Under the pieces are notes generated by a model. The model searched no databases and was not told the origin of the DNA. It worked only from the letters and a program-made list of their open reading frames with translations. This document shows positions 41,822-51,017 of a stretch of DNA of 61,358 bases, in pieces (positions within the stretch are counted from its first letter, which is position 1; every line of letters begins with the position of its first letter). A program made the translations under genes and the position numbers. Source of the stretch: Pseudomonadota bacterium (GTDB taxonomy: Bacteria > Pseudomonadota > Alphaproteobacteria > Rhizobiales > Hyphomicrobiaceae); NCBI GenBank assembly GCA_023416575.1, contig JAEZHL010000313.1, forward strand, positions 1-61,358, written 5' to 3'.

Positions 41822-42109
41822 TCACTTCGCCGTGCGTTCCCGCTTGGTCCTGATATCGGAGAGCACGCCCGCATCCTTGCGGATGCGCAGCTGGTTCTGC
41901 ACCTCGGTGACACCGGCGATGTGCGCGGCGATGTGGCCGGCAAGCTCCTTGATGGCGTAAGTGTCCACCGTACCGTTGAGCACGACCACCCCGTCGGTGA
42001 CATCCACGTCGATCTCGGTCTCGTCGATCTGCGGCTCGACTTCGTAAGCAGCGACGATATCTTCCGAAATCAGGTCGTTGGAGCGGGTGGTCGTGGGCTC
42101 TGCGGGCAT
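41822..42109 (-). CDS. BON domain protein
   Basis: IDVDVTDGVVVLNGTV...IAGVTEVQNQLRI. Confidence 0.88.
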   Translation of the reverse strand: MPAEPTTTRSNDLISEDIVAAYEVEPQIDETEIDVDVTDGVVVLNGTVDTYAIKELAGHIAAHIAGVTEVQNQLRIRKDAGVLSDIRTKRERTAK

Positions 42110-42138
42110 GAGCAGGCTCCCCGGATGATCCTCGAGTT

Positions 42139-42600
42139 TCAGGTTTGCTCGGCCCGGCGGCTCGACAGTGTGCCCGAAAGGTCCGGCTCCGAAGGCTCAG
42201 AGATCTGCCGCAAGGCGTCCTCCGTTCCTGGCGCGAGGTCGGTCGCCATGTCGCCGAGCGCGACGATGCCGACCAGCAGCTTGTTGTGATCGACGACCGG
42301 CATGCGACGGACCTGCTTCTCGCCCATGCGGTGGGCGACGTCCTCGATCGCGTCGTCGTCGTAGCACCACCACACCTCGCCGGACATGATCTCGTCCACG
42401 CGCGTGACATCGGGAGATTCCCCGATCGCCGTGGCGCGCACCGTGATGTCGCGGTCGGTGAGAACGCCGACGAGCCGCTGGCCGTCACAAACTGGCAAGA
42501 CGCCCACATTCAGATTGTCCATCTTGCGCGCCGCCTCGCGCAGGCTGGCATCGGGCGAAATGACCTCCACGTTCCGGGTCATGACGTCGGAGACTTTCAT
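42139..42600 (-). CDS. CBS domain protein
   Basis: MKVSDVMTR...LVGVLTDRDITVR...QVRRMPVVD...LVGIVALGD. Confidence 0.93.
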   Translation of the reverse strand: MKVSDVMTRNVEVISPDASLREAARKMDNLNVGVLPVCDGQRLVGVLTDRDITVRATAIGESPDVTRVDEIMSGEVWWCYDDDAIEDVAHRMGEKQVRRMPVVDHNKLLVGIVALGDMATDLAPGTEDALRQISEPSEPDLSGTLSSRRAEQT

Positions 42601-42644
42601 TGGGCAGAATCCCTCTGATGGCAGCCGCAACGACCATGCTCCGA

Positions 42645-42669
42645 AACTCGCCCCGCCTGCGAGGGTTCC
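42645..42669 (-). promoter_or_regulatory. Putative EcfG/SigT promoter for CBS-BON
   Basis: GGAAC-N16-AGTT on the minus strand. Confidence 0.65.
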
Positions 42670-42688
42670 GGCTGGCTAGGCCCCCGAT

Positions 42689-42714
42689 GCAACCGCCCAA
42701 GGCACCCCGACGTT
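42689..42714 (+). promoter_or_regulatory. Putative EcfG/SigT promoter for BON gene
   Basis: GCAAC-N17-CGTT. Confidence 0.6.
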
Positions 42715-42755
42715 GACATTGGGCAAGAGCACCTGGGAGCAGGAGCAAGGGCGTC

Positions 42756-43265
42756 ATGGGTTGGGAAACGAGGAAGATGAGTGGCGACGGGCCGCCCGAG
42801 GGCGCGCACCCGGCAGACGAGCACATCCGCGAGGACGTCCAGAACCGGCTCGCAGACGATCCCGGCATCGACGCAACGGACGTGGAGGTCCAAGTCGCGA
42901 ACACGCGCGTGGTGTTGACGGGTACCGTGCCTAACGAGCTCACGCGCCAGATGGTGGAGGTCGTCGCCTTCGAGGCTGAGGGCGTGACCGGCGTCGACAA
43001 CAACCTCGTCATCCGCGCCTATCGCAAGAAGGGCGCGCCGCATGCCCCACGGGCGCATGAGCACGAGGCGCCGATCGAGCCGGAGACGAACAACTATCTC
43101 GGCGCCGCCGTGTCGCCGCAGGGAAGCTCGCTCGACCCGCCCAACGATCCCGGCGACCGGCCGGGCGTCGGCTTGGGCGGCATGCCAGCCGACACGAGCG
43201 GCTCGCCCCTCGAGAGCGGGGTCAATCTGGCGAGCCGCGGGCGCCGAAAGCAGAAGGGCGACTGA
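42756..43265 (+). CDS. BON domain protein with disordered C-terminal tail
   Basis: DEHIREDVQNRLADDPGIDATDVEVQV...LTGTV...GVTGVDNNL; alternative start 42777. Confidence 0.85.
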   Translation: MGWETRKMSGDGPPEGAHPADEHIREDVQNRLADDPGIDATDVEVQVANTRVVLTGTVPNELTRQMVEVVAFEAEGVTGVDNNLVIRAYRKKGAPHAPRAHEHEAPIEPETNNYLGAAVSPQGSSLDPPNDPGDRPGVGLGGMPADTSGSPLESGVNLASRGRRKQKGD

Positions 43266-43491
43266 CCGCGAACGGAGGCGCTTCACCCCCGGGATCCGCC
43301 CACTAGCCCCAACCAACCAAGTTGCACGCGCCGGGACTTGCAATTGCTTGGCAACTCCGGTCATGTGATCGACGGCTCGCGTCACACGGTTGCCGCGCGA
43401 GCCGGGTGATCACACCGCGAGCCCCTCGATGAGCCTCGACAGCCATCTCCCGCCGACTCCGGCCCGCCGGAGCGCCAGCGCGCGCGAGGGC

Positions 43492-44010
43492 ATGGATACG
43501 ATCCATGTCTGCCCTCTCAGCCGCGTCCGGGATACCCTGCAAATGACGGGCGCGCGGCATCTCATCACGCTGATCAACCGCCAGACCATGCTCGAGACAC
43601 CGCACGGGATCGAGCCGTTCAATCACCTCCGGCTCGCGATCAATGACATCACCGAGCCGCAGGAAGGCATGGTGCATCCTGGCGCGGAGCACGTCGCAGA
43701 TCTCATCCGCTTCGCAGCGAGCTGGAACTCGCGCGGGCCGCTGGTGGTGCACTGCTGGGCCGGAATCAGCCGTTCGACGGCCGCAGCCTTCATTACGCTT
43801 TGCGCCTTGAACCCCGATGCCCCGGAACATCTCGTGGCGGAGCGCATCCGGAAAGCCTCGCCGACCGCCTCCCCCAACCGGCTCCTCGTTAGGCTGGCCG
43901 ATGACCAGCTCAGCCGGCGCGGCCGGATGCTGGAGGCGATCGATCTGATGGGGCCGGCCGAGCCCGCGCGCGAAGCCATACCGTTCAAGCTGGCCTGCCG
44001 TATCGGATAG
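43492..44010 (+). CDS. Protein-tyrosine-phosphatase-like protein
   Basis: CX5R loop HCWAGISRSTAAA; ATG after GAGGG. Confidence 0.88.
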   Translation: MDTIHVCPLSRVRDTLQMTGARHLITLINRQTMLETPHGIEPFNHLRLAINDITEPQEGMVHPGAEHVADLIRFAASWNSRGPLVVHCWAGISRSTAAAFITLCALNPDAPEHLVAERIRKASPTASPNRLLVRLADDQLSRRGRMLEAIDLMGPAEPAREAIPFKLACRIG

Positions 44011-44201
44011 GCCCGAACGGCGGGATGGACTTGCCGATCGCGCGTGCAGCGGCATCGGCACAACGACAAGTTGCCGGATCCACCTAAGTGCGTGTTGCGA
44101 AAATTGCAAATGCGGGCAATACACAGCCTTTCCGTATACGGCTTTATGGTTCCGAAATTCGCCACGATCGCTCACTAGTCGCGGAGCATGGGAGATCAGC
44201 G

Positions 44202-45245
44202 ATGACCTTCGAACCGCACCTGAAGCAGACAACTCGATCGCCAGGAGGCGAGAGCGAGGCACGGGAGTGGCGCGAGGTGGCAGCGGTCGAAATCGGGCTC
44301 AATGCAGCAATCCTTGCCGTGCGCAGGGATGAGCCGGTCGTGCTCGTGGTGCGCCCGCGCGGCGAGCTTGGGCAGGTGAGCGACGCGTTGCCATTCGGCC
44401 CCTTCTCTCCGCTCGACCACCGCACACTCGAAAGCGGCCTGCGCACGTGGGTGGCCGAGCAGACGGGCCTCGAGCTCGGGTACGTCGAACAGCTCTATAC
44501 GTTCGGCGACCGCGGCCGGCATGCTCAGCCCGGCGATACCGGCCCGCATGTGGTTTCGATCGGCTACCTCGCCCTGACGCGCCCCGGGGAAGGCGGCGAG
44601 TCGGAGCGGTGGGATTGGCGGAGCTGGTACGACTACTTTCCTTGGGAGGACTGGCGGCGCGGCAAGCCGGCCATCCTCACCGAGCTGATCGAGCCGAGGC
44701 TGCTGGCCTGGGCAGAGAGACCGTCAGCATCCTCATCCGGTCGCAACGCCCAGCGCGCGGAGCGGCTCCGTGTCTGCTTCGGGCTTTTCGGCGGAAGCTG
44801 GGACGAGGAGAAGGTGCTGGAGCGCTTCGAGCTCCTCTACGGCGCGGGGCTCGTGGAGGAAGCACGCCGCGATGGCCGTGAGGCGGCGCTGACTTGGGGC
44901 ACCCTGCCCCGGCTCGGTGCACCGATGCGGTACGATCACCGACGCATTCTGGCGACGGCAATCGGCCGGATCAGGGCAAAGATCAAATACCGGCCGGTCG
45001 TCTTCGAGTTGATGGACGACGAGTTCACCCTTTACGAGTTGCAGAAGACCGTCGAGGCGATCCTAGGCCCCCATCTACACAAGCAGAACTTTCGCAGGCT
45101 CGTAGAAAGCGCGGGGCTCGTGGAGCCGACGGGCGAGGTGCGCGCGAAAACCGGCGGGCGTCCGGCGCGGCTCTACCGTTTCCGTCGCGAAGTGCTGCTC
45201 GAGCGGCCGGCTCCGGGCGTGCGCGTCAAGCAGGGCCGCGGCTGA
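44202..45245 (+). CDS. nadQ: NAD biosynthesis regulator NadQ (NUDIX-like + wHTH)
   Basis: LPFGPF...LGYVEQLYTFGDRGR, YFPWEDWR, DHRRILATA, FTL.ELQ...LHKQNFRR...GGRPARLYRF; upstream of nadABC with palindromic operators. Confidence 0.85.
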   Translation: MTFEPHLKQTTRSPGGESEAREWREVAAVEIGLNAAILAVRRDEPVVLVVRPRGELGQVSDALPFGPFSPLDHRTLESGLRTWVAEQTGLELGYVEQLYTFGDRGRHAQPGDTGPHVVSIGYLALTRPGEGGESERWDWRSWYDYFPWEDWRRGKPAILTELIEPRLLAWAERPSASSSGRNAQRAERLRVCFGLFGGSWDEEKVLERFELLYGAGLVEEARRDGREAALTWGTLPRLGAPMRYDHRRILATAIGRIRAKIKYRPVVFELMDDEFTLYELQKTVEAILGPHLHKQNFRRLVESAGLVEPTGEVRAKTGGRPARLYRFRREVLLERPAPGVRVKQGRG

Positions 45246-45387
45246 AACGCATTCAGGAGGACGTGAGAGGAACGTGCACGGCCGAATGCGCCGCTGCCCC
45301 TCGAAAATCACAACCCTCGCACCCAGTGACAGAGCAACGCGCCACTGGAAATCGACACGCATCTGTCATATCTTTAGTCACTCAACA

Positions 45388-45404
45388 ATGCTCAAACAGA
45401 GCAT
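45388..45404. promoter_or_regulatory. NadQ operator (distal)
   Basis: ATGCTCA-AAC-AGAGCAT. Confidence 0.8.
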
Positions 45405-45447
45405 ATGAAACAGTCCGGTTCCAGCCGGGATTTTTTCAGATCGCACT

Positions 45448-45466
45448 AATGCTCAACGTGAGCATT
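45448..45466. promoter_or_regulatory. NadQ operator (proximal)
   Basis: Perfect palindrome AATGCTCA-ACG-TGAGCATT 30 bp upstream of nadA. Confidence 0.88.
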
Positions 45467-45495
45467 GATGGCAAGGACCAAGAGGGAGCGCTCCC

Positions 45496-46554
45496 ATGGC
45501 CATGGCTCAGATTGAATCGGCTGCGGCGGCAACCAAGAACCGCCACGTGCTGCCCATGCCAGAGCTGAAATTCACACCCGCACTGGCTCGGGAGATGGAG
45601 CCGCTTTACGCCAAAGTCTCGAAGGTGATCACACCGCTCGAGTGGCCGCAGTTCGCCCCCATCATCAAGGCCATCAACGACCTCAAGAAGGAACGGAACG
45701 CCGTCATCCTGGCGCACAACTATATGACGCCGGAGATCTTCAGTTGCGTCGGCGACATCCGTGGCGACAGCCTGCAGCTCGCGAAGGAAGCGGGCCGGAC
45801 CGACGCGGACGTGATCGTCCAGGCCGGCGTTCACTTCATGGCGGAAACCTCCAAGCTCCTGAACCCCGACAAGACGGTCCTCATCCCTGATCTCAGGGCG
45901 GGCTGCTCGCTGGCCTCCTCCATCACCGGGGAGGACGTGCGCATGCTGCGTGAGGCCTATCCGGGTGTGCCCGTCGTCACCTACGTCAATACGTCGGCGG
46001 ACGTGAAGGCCGAGAGCGACATCTGCTGCACCTCCGCGAACGCCGTGAAGGTGGTGGAGAGCCTCGGCGTGCCGCGCGTGCTGATGATCCCGGACGAGTA
46101 TCTCGCCAAGTACGTGCAGACCAAGACGGACGTCGAGATCATCACCTGGAAGGGCCACTGCGAGGTGCACGAGCGGTTCACGGCCGAGGAGCTCGAGGCA
46201 TTCCGCGCCGCTGATCCGGGCGTCCGGATCATTGCCCACCCCGAGTGCCCGCCGGACGTCATCAAGACGGCCGACTTCACGGGCTCGACCGCGGGCATGA
46301 TCGACTGGGTCAAGAAGAACCGTCCGCCCAAGGTGGTGCTCGTAACCGAATGCTCGATGAGCTCGAACGTTGCTGCCGAGGTGCCCGAGACCGAGTTCAT
46401 CCGGCCCTGCAATCTGTGCCCGCACATGAAGCGGATCACGCTGCAGAACATCCTCGAAAGCCTCGTCTACATGCGCCACGAGGTGACGGTCGATCCGCTC
46501 GTTGCCGAACGCGCCCGCCGCGCGGTCGAGCGGATGATCAACCTGACCAACTGA
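45496..46554 (+). CDS. nadA: Quinolinate synthase
   Basis: [38 protein letters not shown]. Confidence 0.97.
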   Translation: MAMAQIESAAAATKNRHVLPMPELKFTPALAREMEPLYAKVSKVITPLEWPQFAPIIKAINDLKKERNAVILAHNYMTPEIFSCVGDIRGDSLQLAKEAGRTDADVIVQAGVHFMAETSKLLNPDKTVLIPDLRAGCSLASSITGEDVRMLREAYPGVPVVTYVNTSADVKAESDICCTSANAVKVVESLGVPRVLMIPDEYLAKYVQTKTDVEIITWKGHCEVHERFTAEELEAFRAADPGVRIIAHPECPPDVIKTADFTGSTAGMIDWVKKNRPPKVVLVTECSMSSNVAAEVPETEFIRPCNLCPHMKRITLQNILESLVYMRHEVTVDPLVAERARRAVERMINLTN

Positions 46555-46561
46555 CGACACG

Positions 46562-46595
46562 GGGCCGCCGCTCGAAGCCATTCCAGCGGCGGCCC
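46562..46595 (+). other. Intercistronic stem-loop nadA-nadB
   Basis: GGGCCGCCGCT-N12-AGCGGCGGCCC, no U-tract. Confidence 0.55.
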
Positions 46596-46606
46596 GGACT
46601 TCATTC

Positions 46607-48241
46607 ATGAACAGAAACGGGCGAGCAAATCAGGCGACGGCCGGCGGCGACATCATCATCGTCGGAGCGGGTCTCGCCGGGCTGTTCACGGCCCTGAAAC
46701 TCGCGCCTGCGCCCGTCACTGTCATTTCTCCCGCACCCCTCGGAGAAGGCACCTCGAGTGCCTGGGCCCAGGGCGGCATCGCAGCCGCCGTCAGCGAGGG
46801 TGACACCGCCGAGCAGCACGCGGCCGACACCATCCGCGCCGGAGCCGGGATCGTCGACGAGGACATCGCCAGTATTGTCGCCGCCGAGGCCGGCGACCGT
46901 GTGCGCGACCTCCTGGCCTACGGCGTCCCGTTCGATCGTGACAGTCAGGGCCACTTCGTTCTGTCACGCGAAGCCGCGCACTCCGCCAACCGCGTCGTTC
47001 GAGTCTCCGGTGACGCAGCGGGACGTGCCATCACCGATGCCGTCATTCGCGCCGTGAAGCGGACCCGCTCAATCACGGTCATCGAGAACGTCTCGGCGCT
47101 ATCGCTCATCAAAACCGGCGAGCGCGTCACCGGCGTGCGTCTCGCCCGCAACGACGATCCGGCCGCAACATACGTGCTCGATGGCGCCCGCGCGGTCGTG
47201 CTGGCGACAGGCGGAATCGGAGGGCTCTACGCAGTCACCACCAATCCACCGCAAGCCCGCGGCGAAGGCATCGCCATGGCAGCGCGAGCCGGCGCCACCA
47301 TCTCCGATGCGGAGTTCGTTCAGTTTCACCCGACGGCGCTCGACGTCGGCGCCGACCCGGCGCCGCTCGCGACCGAGGCGCTGCGCGGGGAAGGCGCGAC
47401 CCTGATCAACAGCGCGGGCGAACGCTTCATGGTTGGCGTGCATCCGGATGCGGAGCTCGCACCGCGCGATATCGTGGCACGTGCCCTCTTCGGCGAGATC
47501 GCTGCCGGCCGTGGCGCATACCTCGATTGCCGCGCGGCGATCGGGTCCCGGTTCCCGGAGGCCTTTCCTACCGTCTACGCGCGCTGCCGGGCGGCCGGGA
47601 TCGACCCGGTTACCGAGCCGCTGCCGGTGGCGCCGGCCGCGCACTATCACATGGGCGGCATCCGAACCGACGCCTGGGGCCGCACCAGCGTTCCGGGCCT
47701 TTGGGCGGCCGGCGAGGTCGCCGCCACCGGGCTGCACGGGGCCAACAGGCTCGCCTCCAACTCGCTGCTCGAAACCGTCGTGTTCGGAGCCCGCGTCGCC
47801 GCCGACATCGCCCGCCTCGAGCGCGGCATGACGACTCGCATCGCGCTCGAGCGGACCCGGGCCTCGCATCTGCCGGACTTCGCCGCGCGCGCCGAGGCCA
47901 TCGGCATGATCAGGGCGACCATGACCCGCTACGTCGGCGTCGAGCGCGATGCCGCCGGGCTGACGCGGGCGCTCGATATGTTGCGGGCCATCGCCGAAGC
48001 CGGCGACGGCGACCCGATGATCGAGAATGCCACGCTGGCCGCCCGCCTCATCACCGAATGCGCCCTGCGCCGCAAGGAAAGCCGTGGCGGCCACTACCGC
48101 AGTGATTACCCGGAGCCAGTCGCGCAGTGGCAGCGCCGCAGCGCGATCACCCTGGCGGGCCTCGACCTCAGGTCGGCGCTCAAGGGAGGCGGGCTCGCCG
48201 CAGTAATCGGAACCAAGACAGACGGGAAACCAGCACAATGA
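46607..48241 (+). CDS. nadB: L-aspartate oxidase
   Basis: GAGLAG, WAQGGIAA, EAAHS, QFHPT, HYHMGG, HGANRLASNSLLE, ESRGGH. Confidence 0.96.
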   Translation: MNRNGRANQATAGGDIIIVGAGLAGLFTALKLAPAPVTVISPAPLGEGTSSAWAQGGIAAAVSEGDTAEQHAADTIRAGAGIVDEDIASIVAAEAGDRVRDLLAYGVPFDRDSQGHFVLSREAAHSANRVVRVSGDAAGRAITDAVIRAVKRTRSITVIENVSALSLIKTGERVTGVRLARNDDPAATYVLDGARAVVLATGGIGGLYAVTTNPPQARGEGIAMAARAGATISDAEFVQFHPTALDVGADPAPLATEALRGEGATLINSAGERFMVGVHPDAELAPRDIVARALFGEIAAGRGAYLDCRAAIGSRFPEAFPTVYARCRAAGIDPVTEPLPVAPAAHYHMGGIRTDAWGRTSVPGLWAAGEVAATGLHGANRLASNSLLETVVFGARVAADIARLERGMTTRIALERTRASHLPDFAARAEAIGMIRATMTRYVGVERDAAGLTRALDMLRAIAEAGDGDPMIENATLAARLITECALRRKESRGGHYRSDYPEPVAQWQRRSAITLAGLDLRSALKGGGLAAVIGTKTDGKPAQ

Positions 48242-49116
48242 TGTCGAGAGCCGCCTTCGATGCCCGCCTGCCCAGCCCACTGATCGAGAGCGCCGTCGCT
48301 GCCGCACTGGCCGAAGACCTCGGGCTCGCCGGCGATATCACCACCGATTCGGTGATCGCCCCGGAGATGACCGCATCCGGCGTCTTCGCGGCGCGCAAGC
48401 CGGGCACCATCGCCGGCCTGGACCTCGCAGCCGCAGCATTCCGCCAGCTCGACCCGACGACCCAGCTCGATATCTTCGTTCCCGATGGAAGCAGCGTCGA
48501 AGCCGGCGCGGTCGTTGCCCGTGTCTCCGGCAGTGCCCGCGCCCTGCTCACGGGCGAGCGGGTCGCGCTCAATTTCCTCGGACGTTTGAGCGGCATCGCC
48601 ACGCTGACCCGGCGCTACGTCGACGCTGTCGCCGGAACCAGGGCGCATATCGTCGATACGCGCAAGACCACGCCGGGTCTCAGGGCCTTCGAGAAATACG
48701 CGGTGCGCGCCGGAGGCGGCATGAACCACCGCATCGGCCTCTTCGATGCCGTTCTGATCAAGGACAATCATATCGCCGTTGCCGGCGGCATCGGGCAGGC
48801 GATCGCGGCCGCCCGCGCCCGAGCGGGTCACATGGTGAAGATCGAGATCGAGGTCGATACGCTGGATCAGCTTCGCGAGGCGCTCCAGCACCGCATCGAC
48901 GCCGTGCTGCTCGACAACATGACGCCTGCCCAGCTCGCCGAAGCGGTGCGCGAGGTCGACGGGCGCGTGATCACGGAGGCCTCCGGCGGGGTCAATCTCG
49001 AAACGGTCAGGGCGATCGCCGAAGCAGGGGTCGACCTGATCTCGATCGGCGCGCTCACCCACTCCGCGCCGGTGCTCGACCTCGGCCTCGACGTCGAGAT
49101 CGGGACGCTCGCTTAA
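48238..49116 (+). CDS. nadC: Nicotinate-nucleotide diphosphorylase (carboxylating)
   Basis: GDITT, ERVALN, DTRKT, LIKDNH, LLDNM, EASGG; ATGA overlap with nadB. Confidence 0.97.
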   Translation: MMSRAAFDARLPSPLIESAVAAALAEDLGLAGDITTDSVIAPEMTASGVFAARKPGTIAGLDLAAAAFRQLDPTTQLDIFVPDGSSVEAGAVVARVSGSARALLTGERVALNFLGRLSGIATLTRRYVDAVAGTRAHIVDTRKTTPGLRAFEKYAVRAGGGMNHRIGLFDAVLIKDNHIAVAGGIGQAIAAARARAGHMVKIEIEVDTLDQLREALQHRIDAVLLDNMTPAQLAEAVREVDGRVITEASGGVNLETVRAIAEAGVDLISIGALTHSAPVLDLGLDVEIGTLA

Positions 49117-49129
49117 GCCCCTGCCAGAT

Positions 49130-49152
49130 GGCCCTCGCGCAACGCGAGGGCC
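49130..49152 (+). terminator. Stem-loop after nadC
   Basis: GGCCCTCGCG-CAA-CGCGAGGGCC; U-tract weak. Confidence 0.6.
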
Positions 49153-49214
49153 GCTGAACTTCGCCACATTTCACAGGCACGACACGGGGCTCGTTGGCGC
49201 GGGCGAGGGAGGCC

Positions 49215-49427
49215 ATGGTCCAATTCATCGTCATCTGGGGACTTGTTGCGCTCGCGTCGCTGGCCATCGGCGGCCTGCTCGCAGGGCTCAAAAAGCGCGA
49301 CCATTCCTTCTGGATGGCGTGGTCATTCCTTTTCCCGCCCATGGTGTTGCTGCTGCTTCTCCTGCCGGGCCGCGACATCCGGCCAATCCGCCGCACGCTC
49401 GATGAGGAAGATGCGGAAGCCGACTAG
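49215..49427 (+). CDS. Small membrane protein (70 aa)
   Basis: GGAGG RBS; MVQFIVIWG...KKRDHSFWMAWSFLFPP; 2 TM. Confidence 0.75.
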   Translation: MVQFIVIWGLVALASLAIGGLLAGLKKRDHSFWMAWSFLFPPMVLLLLLLPGRDIRPIRRTLDEEDAEAD

Positions 49428-49654
49428 AGGGCGAACGGCCGAGGTGGCAGCACCGAAGCGGTAAGGCGCGCCGAAGAAGATCGGTTCGCAGCCCCGCCAA
49501 GCCTCCTGGGCAGGAGCAGCGCCGCGGATTGGGCCGCAATCGCGCTGCCGCATGCATCGAAACAGCCCGATGCCAGTTATCGTCGCAGGAGCCGTGAGCG
49601 GATGCTCAGCAGCGCCGCGGCCTCCGGTGAATTGGCTGGACACCGGGGACATCG

Positions 49655-49882
49655 ATGACCCACGAAGCTTCCACGACTGCCGCGCACGAGGCGGTATCGC
49701 CCGTGTTTGCCTTCGCCTACGCCCTCATCCTCGTCGGCTCGGGCGTGCTCTCGGTCGCCGTCTTTCTCTACGGTCTGGTTCTGAAAAACAGCGTCCCCAC
49801 AGGGGTCTATGTGGCGCTGGCTGGTCTTGTTGGCTACCTCGCCGTCTGGAGCTGGGGGCTTTGGCTCGCCAAGACATCCTGA
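49655..49882 (+). CDS. Small membrane protein (75 aa)
   Basis: GGGGA RBS; two hydrophobic helices. Confidence 0.6.
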   Translation: MTHEASTTAAHEAVSPVFAFAYALILVGSGVLSVAVFLYGLVLKNSVPTGVYVALAGLVGYLAVWSWGLWLAKTS

Positions 49883-49914
49883 GGCCGGGCAACTCGACCG
49901 TCGCAATTCACGTC

Positions 49915-49940
49915 GGAACCGTTTGGCTTCGCGGCCCGTT
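49915..49940 (+). promoter_or_regulatory. EcfG/SigT promoter
   Basis: GGAAC-N17-CGTT consensus. Confidence 0.78.
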
Positions 49941-50015
49941 CCGCCCTCAAGCGAGGCGGAATTGCCATTGAGAGCACCTTGCGGAACAGGCAGTCCTTTC
50001 CAACGGGAGATGACC

Positions 50016-50225
50016 GTGCCAGCAGACGAACGCGATCCGCGCCACCGCACCCGGAAGATGACGCAGCGGCTTCAGGAGACCGTCACGCACCTGCGCGACG
50101 ACATCGACAAAGTCGACGACCCTCAGCTCAAGGCCATGTTCGAAACGACGGCCGAGGTCCTCAACGGTCTCACGAAAGCATTCCACGACTTCGAGAAAAA
50201 GAACGAGAGCGCCTGGCGTGCCTGA
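50016..50225 (+). CDS. Small helical hypothetical protein (69 aa)
   Basis: GGAG then GTG; MPADERDPRHRTRKMTQRLQETVTHLRDDIDKVDDPQLKAMFETTAEVL...ESAWRA; host-like codon usage. Confidence 0.8.
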   Translation: MPADERDPRHRTRKMTQRLQETVTHLRDDIDKVDDPQLKAMFETTAEVLNGLTKAFHDFEKKNESAWRA

Positions 50226-50274
50226 ACCGGGTCCGCGAAGCGCGCCTGCCCCCATGGCCTCTCGGAGTTGTGCA

Positions 50275-51009
50275 ATGCCTTTCGATAGATCGAGGCGCAA
50301 CGTCGTGCGAGCCGTTGGAAGCGCCGGTCTGCTGGGAGTTTTCGCGCCCGCCATTATCACGCGCCCGGCAGCAGCACAACCGGGAGGTCAAGCGGGCAGC
50401 CTCACTCAGCCTGAAGCCAGCTCTGGTGGCGTGGAGGTCACCCCGCCCGAGGACCTGATGCGGGAGCATGGCGTGCTCGACCGCGTGCTCCTGATTTACG
50501 AAGCCCTGATGCCGAAGCTATTGGCCGGTGAGAATTTCGACCCGGCGGTTCTCAACAGCTCCGCCGAGATCGTGCGCGACTTCATCCAGAACTATCACGA
50601 GAAACTCGAGGAGAATTACGTCTTCCCGCGCTTCCGAAACGCCGGGCAGATGATCGACCTCGTTGAGACGCTACGCGTCCAGCATGGGGCCGGGCGCAAT
50701 GTGACCGCTACGATCCTGCAGCTTGCAGCACGGCCACCCTGGAGTGACGACGACCGACGCCGGCTGACCGGCGCCATGCAGTCGTTCATCACCATGTACC
50801 GGCCGCATGCGGCTCGTGAGGACACGGACCTGTTTCCGAAGCTCAAAAACGTCGTCTCCGCCAACGAGTACGACTCGCTGGCGGAGGAGTTCGAGCGGCA
50901 AGAGCACATGCTCTTCGGCGACGATGGCTTCGAGAGCATGGTGACGCGAGTGGCTGGGCTCGAGGGTGCGATCGGAATCCACGACCTCAGCCAATTCACG
51001 CCGCCTTAG
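50275..51009 (+). CDS. Hemerythrin (HHE) domain protein with Tat signal
   Basis: SRRNVV...AAA|Q signal; EHGVL, YHEKLEE.YVFP, QHGAGR, HAAREDTDLFP. Confidence 0.85.
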   Translation: MPFDRSRRNVVRAVGSAGLLGVFAPAIITRPAAAQPGGQAGSLTQPEASSGGVEVTPPEDLMREHGVLDRVLLIYEALMPKLLAGENFDPAVLNSSAEIVRDFIQNYHEKLEENYVFPRFRNAGQMIDLVETLRVQHGAGRNVTATILQLAARPPWSDDDRRRLTGAMQSFITMYRPHAAREDTDLFPKLKNVVSANEYDSLAEEFERQEHMLFGDDGFESMVTRVAGLEGAIGIHDLSQFTPP

Positions 51010-51017
51010 CTTATGCC

